From Anthoceros angustus (taxonomy: Eukaryota > Plantae > Anthocerotophyta), in contig MU008155.1 in NCBI GenBank assembly GCA_010909165.1, positions 62,001-126,000 of the forward strand: a DNA stretch of 64,000 nt, written 5' to 3'. The translations under genes and the position numbers were made by a program. Positions 37,200 to 49,177 of this stretch are shown one piece after another (positions within the stretch are counted from its first letter, which is position 1; the number at the start of each line of letters is the position of its first letter). Under the pieces are notes generated by a model, which was not told where the DNA came from, ran no database searches, and was given only the letters and a program-made list of their open reading frames with translations.

Positions 37200-39817
37200 G
37201 GAATACTCGAGGTGGAAAGAGGAGAGGAGGGCAAGTGGCTCTCTCCCATTGAGATGAGGCTTGGTGTTATACCCTCAATCAAACTCCCTGGAAGGCTCCA
37301 CAGCTCCTAGGAAGGAGCACAAGAAGCTTCCTAGTGATTAGCTGATAGCCAGCGACACTAGCTGACTAAGTGTGATTAGCAGTCTAAGCTGGCTTTTAAA
37401 CCTTCCAACAAGGCCATTTACCTTCTTGGAGAATGGACTATCTCATGCCCATCGTGTCGAGCTGTGCAAATTGCTCCGTAGAGTCCCTTGGTAAGAATGT
37501 CTGCGGGGTTACATTTGGTGTGAACCTTGACAAGTTGTACCCTCTTGTCGTCCAACACCTCTCGAGATGAAGTGATACTTCACATCCACATGTTTAGTCT
37601 TCGCATGAAACACTTCTTTGCCAATTGGATAGCACTGGCTATCACAATGCAACTGTGACTCAACCTTGATCCCCAAGTCTCCCACTAAGCAGGCAAGCCA
37701 TATGGCTTCCTTGCAAGCCTCGATTCTTTGCAACATACTCGGCCTCTGTGGTAGATAGCGTAATGCACGCGCAAGCGAGATCGCCATGAGGCGCCCCTCC
37801 GATTGCACATGAAGACATAACTTTGATGTGGACCTCCTTTTGTCCATATCCCTGCATAATCGACATCACCCAACACATGCATCTTCACTACCAAAACATA
37901 TGCACAAAGCTTTTGTACCATTCGGATACCTCATAACTCCTTTTCTGCCTCCCAATGCTTCTTGCGGGGTTTGACATAAACACGCTAACCACTCCCTTTG
38001 CAAAGGCAATGTCGGGGCGTGTAGCAATCATTGCATACATCAAACTCCCTACGGTGATGAGTATGGGACCTTCTCCATTTCGACTTTGTCCTCCTCGAGC
38101 TTGGGCAATCCGGCTTGAAAGTTTCACATATGGAGGCAATGGGTACCCAATGGCTTCCCCTTCTCCATGTTGAAGCGTTGAAGCACCACTGTTAATGTAT
38201 TCGAGACAAAATAAAGCGGCATATGCTTATGTTCCGAATCGCATGCCAAAATATGGCTCGCCTCTCCCAAGTCTGTCATTTCAAAGTGAGCATTCAACTT
38301 TGACTTCAATGCGAAATCTCTCGATCGGTTGACAATTAGCATATCATCCACATAGAGGATCAAAATGAGCAAGCTTTGATCCTTAGCTTGCTTATATAGA
38401 GCAATGATCCTCATCGCTTCGTTTGTAGCCTTGAGAGAAAGCATAAAGAGTGGAACTTGTGATACCACCTTTGAAAAGTGTTGTTGGGATGGTTGCCTTT
38501 AACCCATTGCATATCGCACATGTAGAAAAGCATCGGAGTTCTTTGCGATTGGATAGCACTACGCTATCACTGATGCAACAACCTGGCGACTCAATCCCTT
38601 GATCCCCTCAAGTTCTCGCTCAAACGAAAGCAAGCCATATGGCTTCCTTGCAAGCCTCGATTCTTTGCAACATACTCGGCCTCTGTGGTAGATAGCGTAA
38701 TGCTGGCGCAAGCGAGATCGCCATGAGGCGCCCCTCCGGTGCATGAAGACATAACCGATGTGGACCTCCTTTTGTCCATATCCCTGCATAATCGACATCA
38801 CCCAACACATGCATCTTCACTACCAAAACATATGCACAAAGCTTTTGTACCATTCGGATACCTCATAACTCCTTTTCTGCCTCCCAATGCTTCTTCACTG
38901 GGGTTTGACATAAACATGACGCTAACTCCTCATTGCAAAGCGATGTCGGGGACGTGTGCGCAATGCATTGCATACATCAAACTCCCTACGGTGATGAGTA
39001 TGGGACCTTATGCCAGAACGACTTTGTCCTCCCTCGTAGCTTGGGCAATCCGGCTTGAAAGTTTCCACATATGGAAGCTGATGGAGTGCCACATTAAGCT
39101 TCCACATACATAAAGTATTGAAACGCAGTTGGCACCTGTTAATGTATTCGATGCGAGGAGCCAGACAACAGCGGTCCTTATGTATGCATTAGACCCGAAT
39201 CTGGCGTGCAGTATATGTGGCTCGCCTCTCCCAAGTCTGTCATTTCAAAGTGAGCATTCAACTTTGACTTCAACGAAATCTCATCGATCTGTTTGACAAT
39301 TAGCATATCATCCACATAGAGGATCAAAATGAAAGCAAGACTTTGATCCTTGGCCTTAGCTTGGCTTTTGTATAGAGACACACGATCCTCTTATTCGTTT
39401 GTAGCCTTGAGAAAGCATAAATGAGTGGAACTTGTGATACCCTTAGCTGAAGAAAAAGTGTTAGGATGGTTGCACTTTTAACCCAGTAGCATATATCAGC
39501 ATATGAAAATCACTGTTGGACTTAGGTATCTTAACACCGCCTGGCTGGAGTGCACCTTGCAGCCTTAGAAACCGGGCATATGTAATAGCCCTTGTTTGTG
39601 ACCGCCACATTGTCGCCTTATCATAGCTCGACCGTGTACGCACGTGGGAAGATTGTACACCTGCGCATTGGGGAGCCGCTCTGCCATGGACACGAAAACG
39701 TTGTCCATCCGAGCAGTGCATCGTCGTGGATGATCTTTGAAATTTGTGATGGATTTGGTCTCGGTTATCCATGGCGAGCTTCTGGCAACCTTTTTCAACT
39801 CTTTCTAGCTGTTTGTT
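37200..39817 (-). mobile_element. Ty1/copia G: RT-RNase H fragments and 3' LTR (37200-37410)
   Basis: LILILYVDDML, FEMTDLGEASHI, VGSLMYAMIATRPDIAFA, LSTTEAEY, FHAKTKHVDVKYHF. Block 37620-38530 is repeated at 38545-39500, and 39440-39600 also occurs at 35545-35710. Confidence 0.88.
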
Positions 39818-42800
39818 GACACAAGCTAATTTATCAAAAGCTTATTGGGCTGAGGCCCTACTTACAACACACATATCTCATCAATCTATTACCTACATCA
39901 GCAATTCAAGGTATGACTCCTTATGAAGCCTTAATTGGCAAGAAGCCTTCTGCTGATCACCTCTGAATTTTTGGATCTCCTGCTTATGTCTTTATTCCTA
40001 AAACATTGTGTAAGAAGTTAGATCCTAAAGCAGCCAAGTACACTTTCATTGGCTACACTGAAGGCATCAAAGGTTATAAATTATTAAACCCTTCCACTCG
40101 GCAACTTATTTACGCGCGTAGTGTTACTTTTCATGAATCTTATCTATCTTCCGTACCAGTGGGAGCTGACCCTACTTATTCTGATGTTTCTTCTCTTAAC
40201 AAGGCACAAGATAGCTCCTCTTTTGATGATACTGATTACATCACCAATTTTCCCCTTCTTGCTGCTTGCGTTCCTGCAGTTGAACCTATTGTGAAGGAGG
40301 AGGAGGAGGAGTTAGCACCCCTTCCACAGCCAGACACAACTCCCTCTTACCCTGTAGAGGAGCCTATTGACACTCATGTTGATGAGTTTGATGACCTCTT
40401 GAGGGTGATGATGTAGAGTTTGATGACCCTATAGATGATCCAGCTCCTGTGGAAGAAGCTCCTGCACCCACATATCTTCCACTCCTGCACCCACGTACAA
40501 CCTTAGGTCACATCTTACTATTCCTGGTCCTGCAGGTTAGAAGGAACCTCCTTCAAGATACCTAGCTATTTTTGATGATCCTATCCCTCCTTTGTCCCTT
40601 TATTCACAAGTTGTCTATAAAGCTACTCTTGACCCTGAAGAACGAATTACCTTAAAACAAGCTTTCTCTTCTCCTGAAACAGACTTATGGAAGGTAGCTG
40701 TAGATTCCGTTTCCTCACAGACATAGGCATTTGGCACATCACCTCGGCTAGTCCTTTTCCTAGGTAACAACAAAAACTTTGTTTTCATAATCTCCTAGGG
40801 GCAACAAGCCTGGTTTGTAGTAGCCTACATTTCTGCATGTAGGGGTGTTGGCAGTTTTCCTGTTACATTTTGAGACAGCCGCATCTGTGAATTATATAGT
40901 AGAAATTCCTGGTTAGTTCAGATGTCTTGTATTGTGAGCCTCCTGAACAAGGATAAAAGGAATATCACTGGACAATAAAGGGAAATAGATACCAACCTCT
41001 CTTGTCAGATCTTTTCTTGTGGTGCTTCTCCTTTCTCTTATCCTCACCTCCGTTTCCTGCACATAAGCCAATCAAGCCACAGAACCTCAAACCACTCAAT
41101 CCATATATGTCACCCTATCCCATAGACGTGCTAGTATGGCCGTATGAGTATGTGGCCAGCATCATACATCATCCATAGGTTGACAAAAGCACAGCGATTC
41201 AGCAGATTCTGCAGGACACCAAATTGTAGCCCGTCCAGCATGAAATCCAGAGGATTGTGGCAATCCAGCCATGGAGCAGCCCAGTATCTGCATGCCCACA
41301 CTATTCCAGCAGGAGCGCAGCCCTACAGCAACTATGGGCAGCAAAGCAGATTAGATTTTCAACAATTCTGGAACAATTTGGAGGCATGGAGGGGGCGCGA
41401 CCCTTGTGCCTTGGTGCCCCCTTGTAGCAGATGATGGGCGCCCCCTTCCAGCACCTATTCACAGCTGTGGCACCCCGGTGCAAGTTTCGTTGGCAGATTG
41501 CAGGTCTGTGCACCCTATATGATTAAGCATATGGTTTTCTAGCAAGCTTCTCAAGCAGATTTTGCACCATCCTTCAGCCCTTAGGCAACGCTTTTTCAAA
41601 CATGGGAGCACGTCCTAATTTGCAGCTTAAGTCAGCACGGCATGGTCAAGACATGGCTGAAATTTGGCTTCTTTCCTTCCACAAACACCTGCAGCAGTAA
41701 GGGTTTCTTGTGGCAGCAATTTTCTTTGGCTTTCAATCACACATCAAATTGGCAACAAGGGTGCCATGCTCCTAGGCATTAAGGCCCTATCAGCTTCCAT
41801 ATGTGTGCTTCCCCTTTCCGATGCAGAGATTAGTAGAAAGGCGAGAGAAGATGCCATTTTTCTTAAGCAGTGCAAGTCTAACGCGAGCACACAACCTGTC
41901 ACCTCAACTTGCCTTCCTGTCCATTCATTTATTAGATGCTTAATGGGGGAAGGAGTAACACCCTCTCTTCCACAGGGTGGGGAAAGCCACGCAGTTAAAA
42001 GCAAAACCAGAGTAATAAATCGGCACCAGACACAGCACTAGGCCTCCAAGTAGCCCGCCCTCCTCTTCTAGGAAGACTCGCAGACAGCACCCTTGCCACT
42101 GCTCTTTATTCACAAACCACGAGTCAAAAAGAACATACAGAGCTGGAGGGCTAGAGAGAACTCCCCATCTTTACCTAAGCTAGGAGCTTAGTTCTCCCTC
42201 CACTTGACCTCCTCCACAAACCTCCTTCACAGCACTCCCCTTAGGTGCTCACAGCCCAAGCAACCAGTGCTCTCAAGGCTTTCAAAGGATACTGAACTGA
42301 ACTGTCTGTAGCCCAAGGCTAGGTCTCCTTTTATACTCAAGCACTAGCTACAATCTTAGTAACTACTTACTTAAGCTTTAAGCTATTATTTACCACCACA
42401 CACTTCCTAGGGCTGCATGCTTAACATGCTCTTAGTAAGCTGCTCTTCTAAACATGCCTCTGCATGGAGCTTTCTTGCAAAGCACTCAAGCCAGCTTTGT
42501 TACTCAAGGGGTATATACGGCATCAACTTCCTATTTATGCAGCTGATATATTTGGAATACTTGTATTTCGGCATTTCCTCATTATGCTATTTAGGCATGT
42601 TTTTTTATTTAATTAATCCACTCATTTATGAACTTGAGTTTTGGATTATGTTTTAGGCTCCTAGTTTCTCATTAAGTGGGAATTCTGCTTAGCTGCTTAG
42701 TTCGTTAGGTAGCTACTTTTTCACCCCTACTTCATAGTGAGTGGGAGTGATGAAGTACTTTAATTACTAGGGCACTATTCATTAGGGCTCATATAAATCT

Positions 42801-42968
42801 CTAGAATTAATCATTAATTGATTCTTAGGGTTAGAAGTAGTTTCATTAGATATTTATGGTTAATTGGTTACAACAACCTATGACCACCTACTTCATATAG
42901 ACTCAATGTACTTCCTATTATGTTTATCAATGCATAAGATCCTTTGAGCAAGTCCTTGATTCTCTTCA
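39818..42968 (+). mobile_element. Ty1/copia F (same family as E), RT/RH-deleted, with a non-retroviral cargo region and 3' LTR
   Basis: INT C-terminus YWAEALL...KKLDPKAAKYTFIGYTEGIKGYKL. Homology to E stops at LWKVAVDS (~40708). PPT agtgagtgggag at 42736-42747. LTR TGATGA...TCTTCA at 42748-42968. Confidence 0.8.
42748..42968 (+). repeat. 3' LTR of copia F (second copy at 44428-44656)
   Basis: Same PPT and termini as the E LTR; both share agggcactattcattaggg. Confidence 0.85.
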
Positions 42969-44050
42969 AGGGAGGGCTGCATAGGAGAACCTTCCGGCCG
43001 CAGCGTGGGCGACACGGGCGGTTTACGACTTGGCCGTGCAGCACTTACGATTGGGGAGGCCATTGAAGAGCTTTCAGTAGACGGCTCTGACTTGAGTTGG
43101 GTTGCGGCTTTGCACGCGAATCGTATTCAGCGTTCCAAGCCGTGCCGTGCCGGTATGCGTGTGTGGCAATCAGCGTGCACACCTCCTCCACGGACAGCCT
43201 CCCATACACCCTACGCCGTGCCGTGTACCGATGGTTGACAGTCCGCATCCGCTGCGTGTAGTACACTAATGCGATGCCTATGTACATGTGGCATATGGAT
43301 TGTGTCTGTTGCAGTCGGGGCTATGTGCAATGTTCATAGGATCGCATTGGAAGTGATTGTAGGAGTTCTGACTGCATTCGGTGATAGGTGGATGTGGTTT
43401 CCTCGTGCACAGCTTATGACAAGATGTATCAATTCTACTTCAGAGTCCATCGGCCCGTTGATGGGGCAACCCATTACATCCCATGGTTGGTACTGGAGGA
43501 TAACAAGCGGGGCACGAAGATTTTTAATGCCTATGTGGATGCAGTGAGGAAGTTTGGGCATCCACAACGGATTCGGTCGGATTACGCAGCACAGCACAAC
43601 CTAGTAGAAGCAGATATGAATCGAGAGAGGCCAAGGGCACATGGAAGCAACTTGATCCGCAGCCCCTCCATGCACAATCAGGCAAATATTTGGTGCATGG
43701 TCTGCGTTGCCCTTGTCTACTATGAAAGATGGTCAAGGGAGTGAATGTGGCATTGCTGCAGAGGATTGAACATTTCTGGTGATCCTTGGGGGAGAAGTGG
43801 GCGTTCCTGTACAAGGGGTACATGATGGATATGGTGAGGAGCAGCGAAATGGACATCACCAACCCCTGGCATATCCATTCGCTCCATGTCAGCTTCATGA
43901 CCATGATGAGGGCGGAGCTTGAACGTTGGAGGTAGGTGTGGAATAGGCACCGTGTGCGGAAGATCAGGGCTGCCGATAGCTGGGACATCCCCGGGCATGT
44001 TCTTGCAATGCGTTCCAGGAAGAGGCTCGGCTACAAGGGCGGGTGCGACC
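42969..44050 (+). pseudogene. Intron-containing DDE transposase/integrase-core pseudogene (IS3EU / rva_4-like), copy 1
   Basis: AYDKMYQFYFRVH-VDGATHYIPWL...NKRGTKIFNAYVDAVRKFGHPQRIRSDY...PSMHNQ, then a GC-AG intron (43682-43761), then RIEHFW...AELERWR*VWNRHRVRK. This matches the family pattern D-x-Y/HxK...IDG...P-x-RxRSD...SxxNQRIExxW...WNxH. Confidence 0.8.
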
Positions 44051-44656
44051 AAGCTTTAAGCTATTATTTACCACACACTTCCTGAGGCTGCATGCTTAAC
44101 ATGCTCTTAGTAAAAGCTGCTCTTCTAAATACCCCTACTGCATGGAGCTTTCTTACCAAAACACTCAAGCCAGACTTTGTTACTCAAGGGGTATATCTGA
44201 CATCAACTTCCTATTTATGCAGCTGATATATTTGGAATACTTGTATTTCGGCATTTCCTCATTATGCTATTTAGGCATGTTTTTTTATTTAATTAATCCA
44301 CTCATTTATGAACTTGAGTTTTGGATTATGTTTTAGGCTCCTAGTTTCTCATTAAGTGGGAATTCTGCTTAGCTGCTTAGTTCGTTAGGTAGCTACTTTT
44401 TCACCCCTACTTCATAGTGAGTGGGAGTGATGAAGTACTTTAATTACTAGGGCACTATTCATTAGGGCTCATATAAATCTCTAGAATTAATCATTAATTG
44501 ATTCTTAGGGTTAGAAAGTAGTTTAAATTAGATATTTATGGTTGAAAGTCTGGTTCTGCAACAACCTATGACCACCTACTTCATATAGACTCAATGTACT
44601 TCCTATTATGTTTATCAATGCATAAGATCCTTTGAGCAAGTCCTTGATTCTCTTCA

Positions 44657-45850
44657 AGGGGGAGAGGAGGGGCTGCATAGGAGAGGAGCCTTCCAGCACG
44701 CGTGGCTGACACTGGAAGCAGTTTACGACTTGGCCGTGCAGCACTTACGATTGGGGAGGCCATTGAAAGGCCTTTCAATGGAGCTTGGCTACAGCTTGAG
44801 TTGGGTTGCAGCTTTGCCTGCACGAATCGTATTCCAGCGTTCAAGCCGTGCCGTGTGATGGGTGCGTGTGTGGCAATCAGCGTGCACACCTCCTCCACGG
44901 ACAGCCTCCCATACACCCCCTCGCCCGTGCACGTGTGTATCGAGTGGTTGGCGATCTCCGCTGCGTGTAGTACACTAATGCGATGCCTATGTACATGTGG
45001 CATATGGATTGTATGCATTACGATCGGGGCTATGTGCAATGTTCATAGAGATCGCATTAGAGTGATTGTAGGAGTTCATGCATTCAGGTGATAGGTGGAT
45101 GTGGTTTCCTCGTACCTGACTTATGACAAGATGTATCAATTCTACTTGAGTCCATCGGCCCGTTGATGGGGCAACCATTACATCCATGGTTGGTCTTTGG
45201 AGGATAACAAGCGGGCACGAGATTTTAATGCCTATGTGGATGCGATGTGAGAAGTTTGGGCATCCACAGCGGATTGATTGGGATTACGGCACGGGTAGTA
45301 GAAGCGGATATGAATCGAGAGGCCAAGGGCACATGGAAGCAACTTGATCCATAGCCCTCCATACTGTCAGGCAAATATGTTGGTGCATAGCTGCGTTGCC
45401 TTATCTACTATGAAAGATGGTCAAGGTAGAATGTGGCATTCTTTGCAGTTGAACATTTACGGTGATCCTTGGGGGAGGTGGGCGTTCTGTACAAAGTACA
45501 TGATGGATATGGTGAGGAGGCGGTGAAATGGACATCACCAACCCACAGCATATCCATTCATTAAGCTCCATGTAAAGTTTCATGACCATGATGAGGCGGG
45601 AGCTTGAGCGTTGGAGAGTAGGTGTGGAATAGGCACACGTAATGCGGAAGATCGGGGCTGTGAGTAAGCTGGGACATCCCCGGGCATGTTCTTGCAATGC
45701 GTTCCAGGAAGAGGCTACATTCGGCTCACCAAGTGGGCGGGTGCACCCGGCCTTATGGGGCTGGGAGGGCGATGGTGAGGAGTTCGATGTGGGTGGCCCT
45801 GGTATGCTGGCAATGGCCCCGAAACTGCTACCGCTATCGTGATTGAAATT
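44657..45850 (+). pseudogene. IS3EU / rva_4-like transposase pseudogene, copy 2 (more indels, includes the 3' end)
   Basis: Part of the tandem duplication 42373-44050 / 44051-45715. Same motifs and the same in-frame stops as copy 1. Confidence 0.72.
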
Positions 45851-46548
45851 GATTGTTTGGGGTGATTCCTAAATTGCAACCCACATGTCATTCGTAGCCA
45901 ATGTGGGTTGCGGCTGTTCGTGTTGAGATTCATCCCACAGGCATTACAGCTGCCCGGGCAACTCAAACGCATGTGGCACTACTGCGGGCATGCCGCACGG
46001 TGTGAGTACCCATAGCGTGAGGCAATGGAACATTAACGATGCGTGTTTGCTCAGTGGTCCCTAGGTGCATTTGCCCTAATGTTATTTGCGGTGGGTGCAA
46101 TTTATGACATGTATTACTGCAGCTATAAGTGCACATTACATAAACTAAGTACCCATAAACAAGCTTCTAGCAAAGGACATACGAGAAAAAGCTTCCATAG
46201 CTTGATCGCAAATATAGGGCTTGCTCTTAAAAGGCCTGCAGTGCACAAGACTCTAGAGCAAAAGGCTTGGAGTTGTCAACTTGACTCTATGCTCCCACCT
46301 CATGGTGGGAGTGCTCAAAGGAGATGCTCCACAACACTATCCCACGCAGAGGCACATTGCAACGGTTCAAAGTAGATGCACAATGCAAGGGTCTAGAGCA
46401 AATGCGCACGGATGCCCATCAGAAGGGTCCTCACCAAACGTGCGTGTAGTGGTTGGCACAACCCTAACCATAAGTGGGCAAGAGAAAAAAAGTGTGTGTG
46501 CATCATCAGCTTGACAAGATCGGTACACCGGGGGGGCATCCATGACAT

Positions 46549-46588
46549 AAAGAAATAGTCTCGTCATATGCGGCGAGACTATTTCTTT
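46549..46588. repeat. Stem-loop with a 15-bp perfect stem
   Basis: aaagaaatagtctcg-tcatatgcgg-cgagactatttcttt. Confidence 0.9.
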
Positions 46589-46918
46589 TTGTACAGAACC
46601 CTAAAAAGATATGGATGGCCCGTGACGATATCGGTATTCCATATATATCCACTCATGTGCATACTGAATTTATGCAAGTATGAAATCCAGAACAATAGAG
46701 TCATCGACTTCCATATTCGACACTTCAGCAACTGGCATACCGGTATGGCTTTCAAGACCGGAACTTCTCGCATAACTCGTGTCCTACCTAGGTAGCAAAT
46801 CTATTTGTGCATGACTGTTCCTGCAGACTTGACATTATGTCATTGCCTAGCTATGAACCTACTCATTACCAGGCTGCTAACCTTTATAATGTGAGTACAA
46901 GTGTAACCGCCAGATTTC

Positions 46919-49177
46919 TCAGTACACATCAGTGTCACCAGCGCGCTCCTGCAAAATTTTCACGCCCATATACCTGCAGTCCGGAGCATTCCACATTAGG
47001 CAAGCAGGAAGCCAACATCATGAGTAATCAGAACTTTCGTCACAATACTTCAATCTGGACAAACTTGCCTTCCAAACATCATCACAGTCGCCTGTGGATT
47101 TGCTCCTGGGGTATAGTTCCAGTTAGAACCGTCAATCACACGAAGAGCATCCACTCCCAACACGCGATGAGTCTTTTCATCAACAACAGAACCCAACCGA
47201 CAGCCCCCGTGGTAGTGCCAAATTGTGACGACAGTACGTCTGCACCACTCCTCCAACCGTTCAGTATCATCCACATACGTCGGTGGAAGGTCTCCAATTA
47301 GGTACAGATTTGTCCGCAAGCCGCCTGGAATATCCTCTGGGACCGCATATCTGAAGTTTCTGAAGGCCTCAGATCTTACAACGCGGTCTATAACTCGAAC
47401 ACCGTCTACGCACGATTGTAAGTCCTCGGGCTCGTGGTAGTAATTAAACCTGACAGTTGGATTGACTCTAACATCGGTCGAGTTCAGCCGCAGCGCTCCT
47501 GTGGACAGGGGCCCAGCTACCTGTTCGTGACCCGCACACGAGATATCGTCAGAATCTAAACTGACCAGCTCTAATGCAGCACGCCTGCAGCTATGATATT
47601 TGAAATTTCCCTTACCTTCTGCAAAAAAATTCCTCCCTGTGCCAGCTGGGCTTGAACTGTCTGATTCAGTCCCGCGAGAATGTCGTTGTACTGCTGAGAA
47701 AGACTGAGCGTCCGATTCCTGGGATCCACTGTGTTCAAACTACCTCGTGTGAGCCCCTGGTTGCTCCCACCGCATCCACCCTCGATGAAGCTGTTGTACT
47801 GAGTGATGCCAACAACTTCAATCGACGAGGTCTCGACTGGATTGGGCGAGGGGACAAACATTGCATTCGTCGGATTGTCAGCCATGCGCTCCCCCACCCC
47901 TTCTAGAGGCACCTTCACCTCAATGCCAAAGGGTGTCAATTTTGAAGCTGGTCCGATTCCACTTAGCAAGAGCAGCTGAGGACTGCCAAGGGCTCCTGCT
48001 GACAAAATAACCTCACTTCCTCCTTCCTCGTCGAGTAACGTGGCTGTGTGCACCCCGCCAAGGACATCTCTGAACCGAACGCCATAAGCCCTTGCGTTGC
48101 TCCCGGAATCTGAAATGCAGTCGCCAGCGAAAAACTGCAATGTCAGAATTCAATGATACTCACATGGATCCGTCCGGAAAACTAGTTCCTGAGCAGAATC
48201 CTTAGCACTCTGTATACTAAGAGACTAGTACAGTCTATTGTCTTATGGTCATAACCACTTGTCAATTACCATTTGGACGTAGCAAGATCTCCTCCACAGT
48301 TGCATACGTATATACTGTGAGCCTTTGAGGGTCCGCATACTGGAGGAGATCAGCTGCAGTGTGACGGATGCCTTGTTCATCAAAAATTTGCCCTCCAATT
48401 TTCGTGCCCGGAATATGTTCGTATGTCGCACCGTTATACGGGGTGATGCCTGCTTCCAGGAGACCAGTCCTAAAAGCACTTTGCCACTGCCTCAATCTTG
48501 GAAGATGTCCCACTATTCTTGTAACCCACGCATAGGACTGGTTAACCAGCTGTTCATCCCAACCGTATCTCTGGATATACCTGCGACTGGCATACGTAAA
48601 GAAGCCTGCGTTGACGGCGCTGCCGCCCCCAAGAACGTTCGCTCTCAGATTCATAACACCGTCCTCAGAAACAAATCTCTGGCCGGCTGTGGTGGCATTG
48701 ACAGTAGCCTGCTGTTGAATTGTGCCGAACTGGTCCAGATGCATAACAGTTTCATCATGATATGGCTGTCCTCCTCTCTCTAGCAACAGCACAGTACAGT
48801 TGCCAAGGGAAAGCGTGGCAGCAAGAGGGCAGCCCGCAGTGCCCCCTCCAACAATAATGTAGTCGTACGAGGCGTTTGCTGGAGCTCCGGTGGCGTTGTG
48901 GACGAATGTATACCCGGGATCAGTATTGATTGGTCCTGCTTTTTGGATGTAAACATTTCAGACGCTTCCCGCGATGATGCAGTACATGGAAAAGTGCGCA
49001 GCACTAACATGAGAATTGGGATGAAGATTGACCGTATGATAACTTATCTGCTTGTCCGCAACTTTCACAGGGTCAGGACAACTCAACATTCGCACCAATC
49101 TTACCTGGTTGACTCACGCCAGAGCAAATAGAGACAAGCTGCGCTGAACATATGAAAATCAGGAGAAGCTTCCACAT
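46919..49177 (-). CDS. HTH: HOTHEAD/mandelonitrile-lyase-like GMC oxidoreductase (FAD-dependent, secreted), 579 aa, 5 exons: 49177-49105, 48935-48270, 48109-47616, 47520-47069, 46973-46919
   Basis: Signal peptide MWKLLLIFICSAQLVSICSG. YDYIIVGGGTAGCPLAATLS, LGGGSAVNAGF, EVILSAGALGSPQLLLLSGIGP, TIWHYHGGC, PGANPQATVMMFGR|YMGVKILQER. The exons join in frame (1740 nt) with three GT-AG introns and one GC-AG intron. The symbol is a family-level call; orthology to HTH is untested. Confidence 0.95.

Noticed and set aside
36019-37282. Long overlapping ORFs (up to 278 aa) on both strands
   Set aside because: They follow from extreme GC content. The translations are Ala/Arg/Pro/Gly-rich with no motifs and no preferred frame.
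46549-46595. Hairpin followed by a T-run as a bacterial intrinsic terminator
   Set aside because: The context is eukaryotic and intron-containing, with no bacterial genes nearby. Kept only as a stem-loop.
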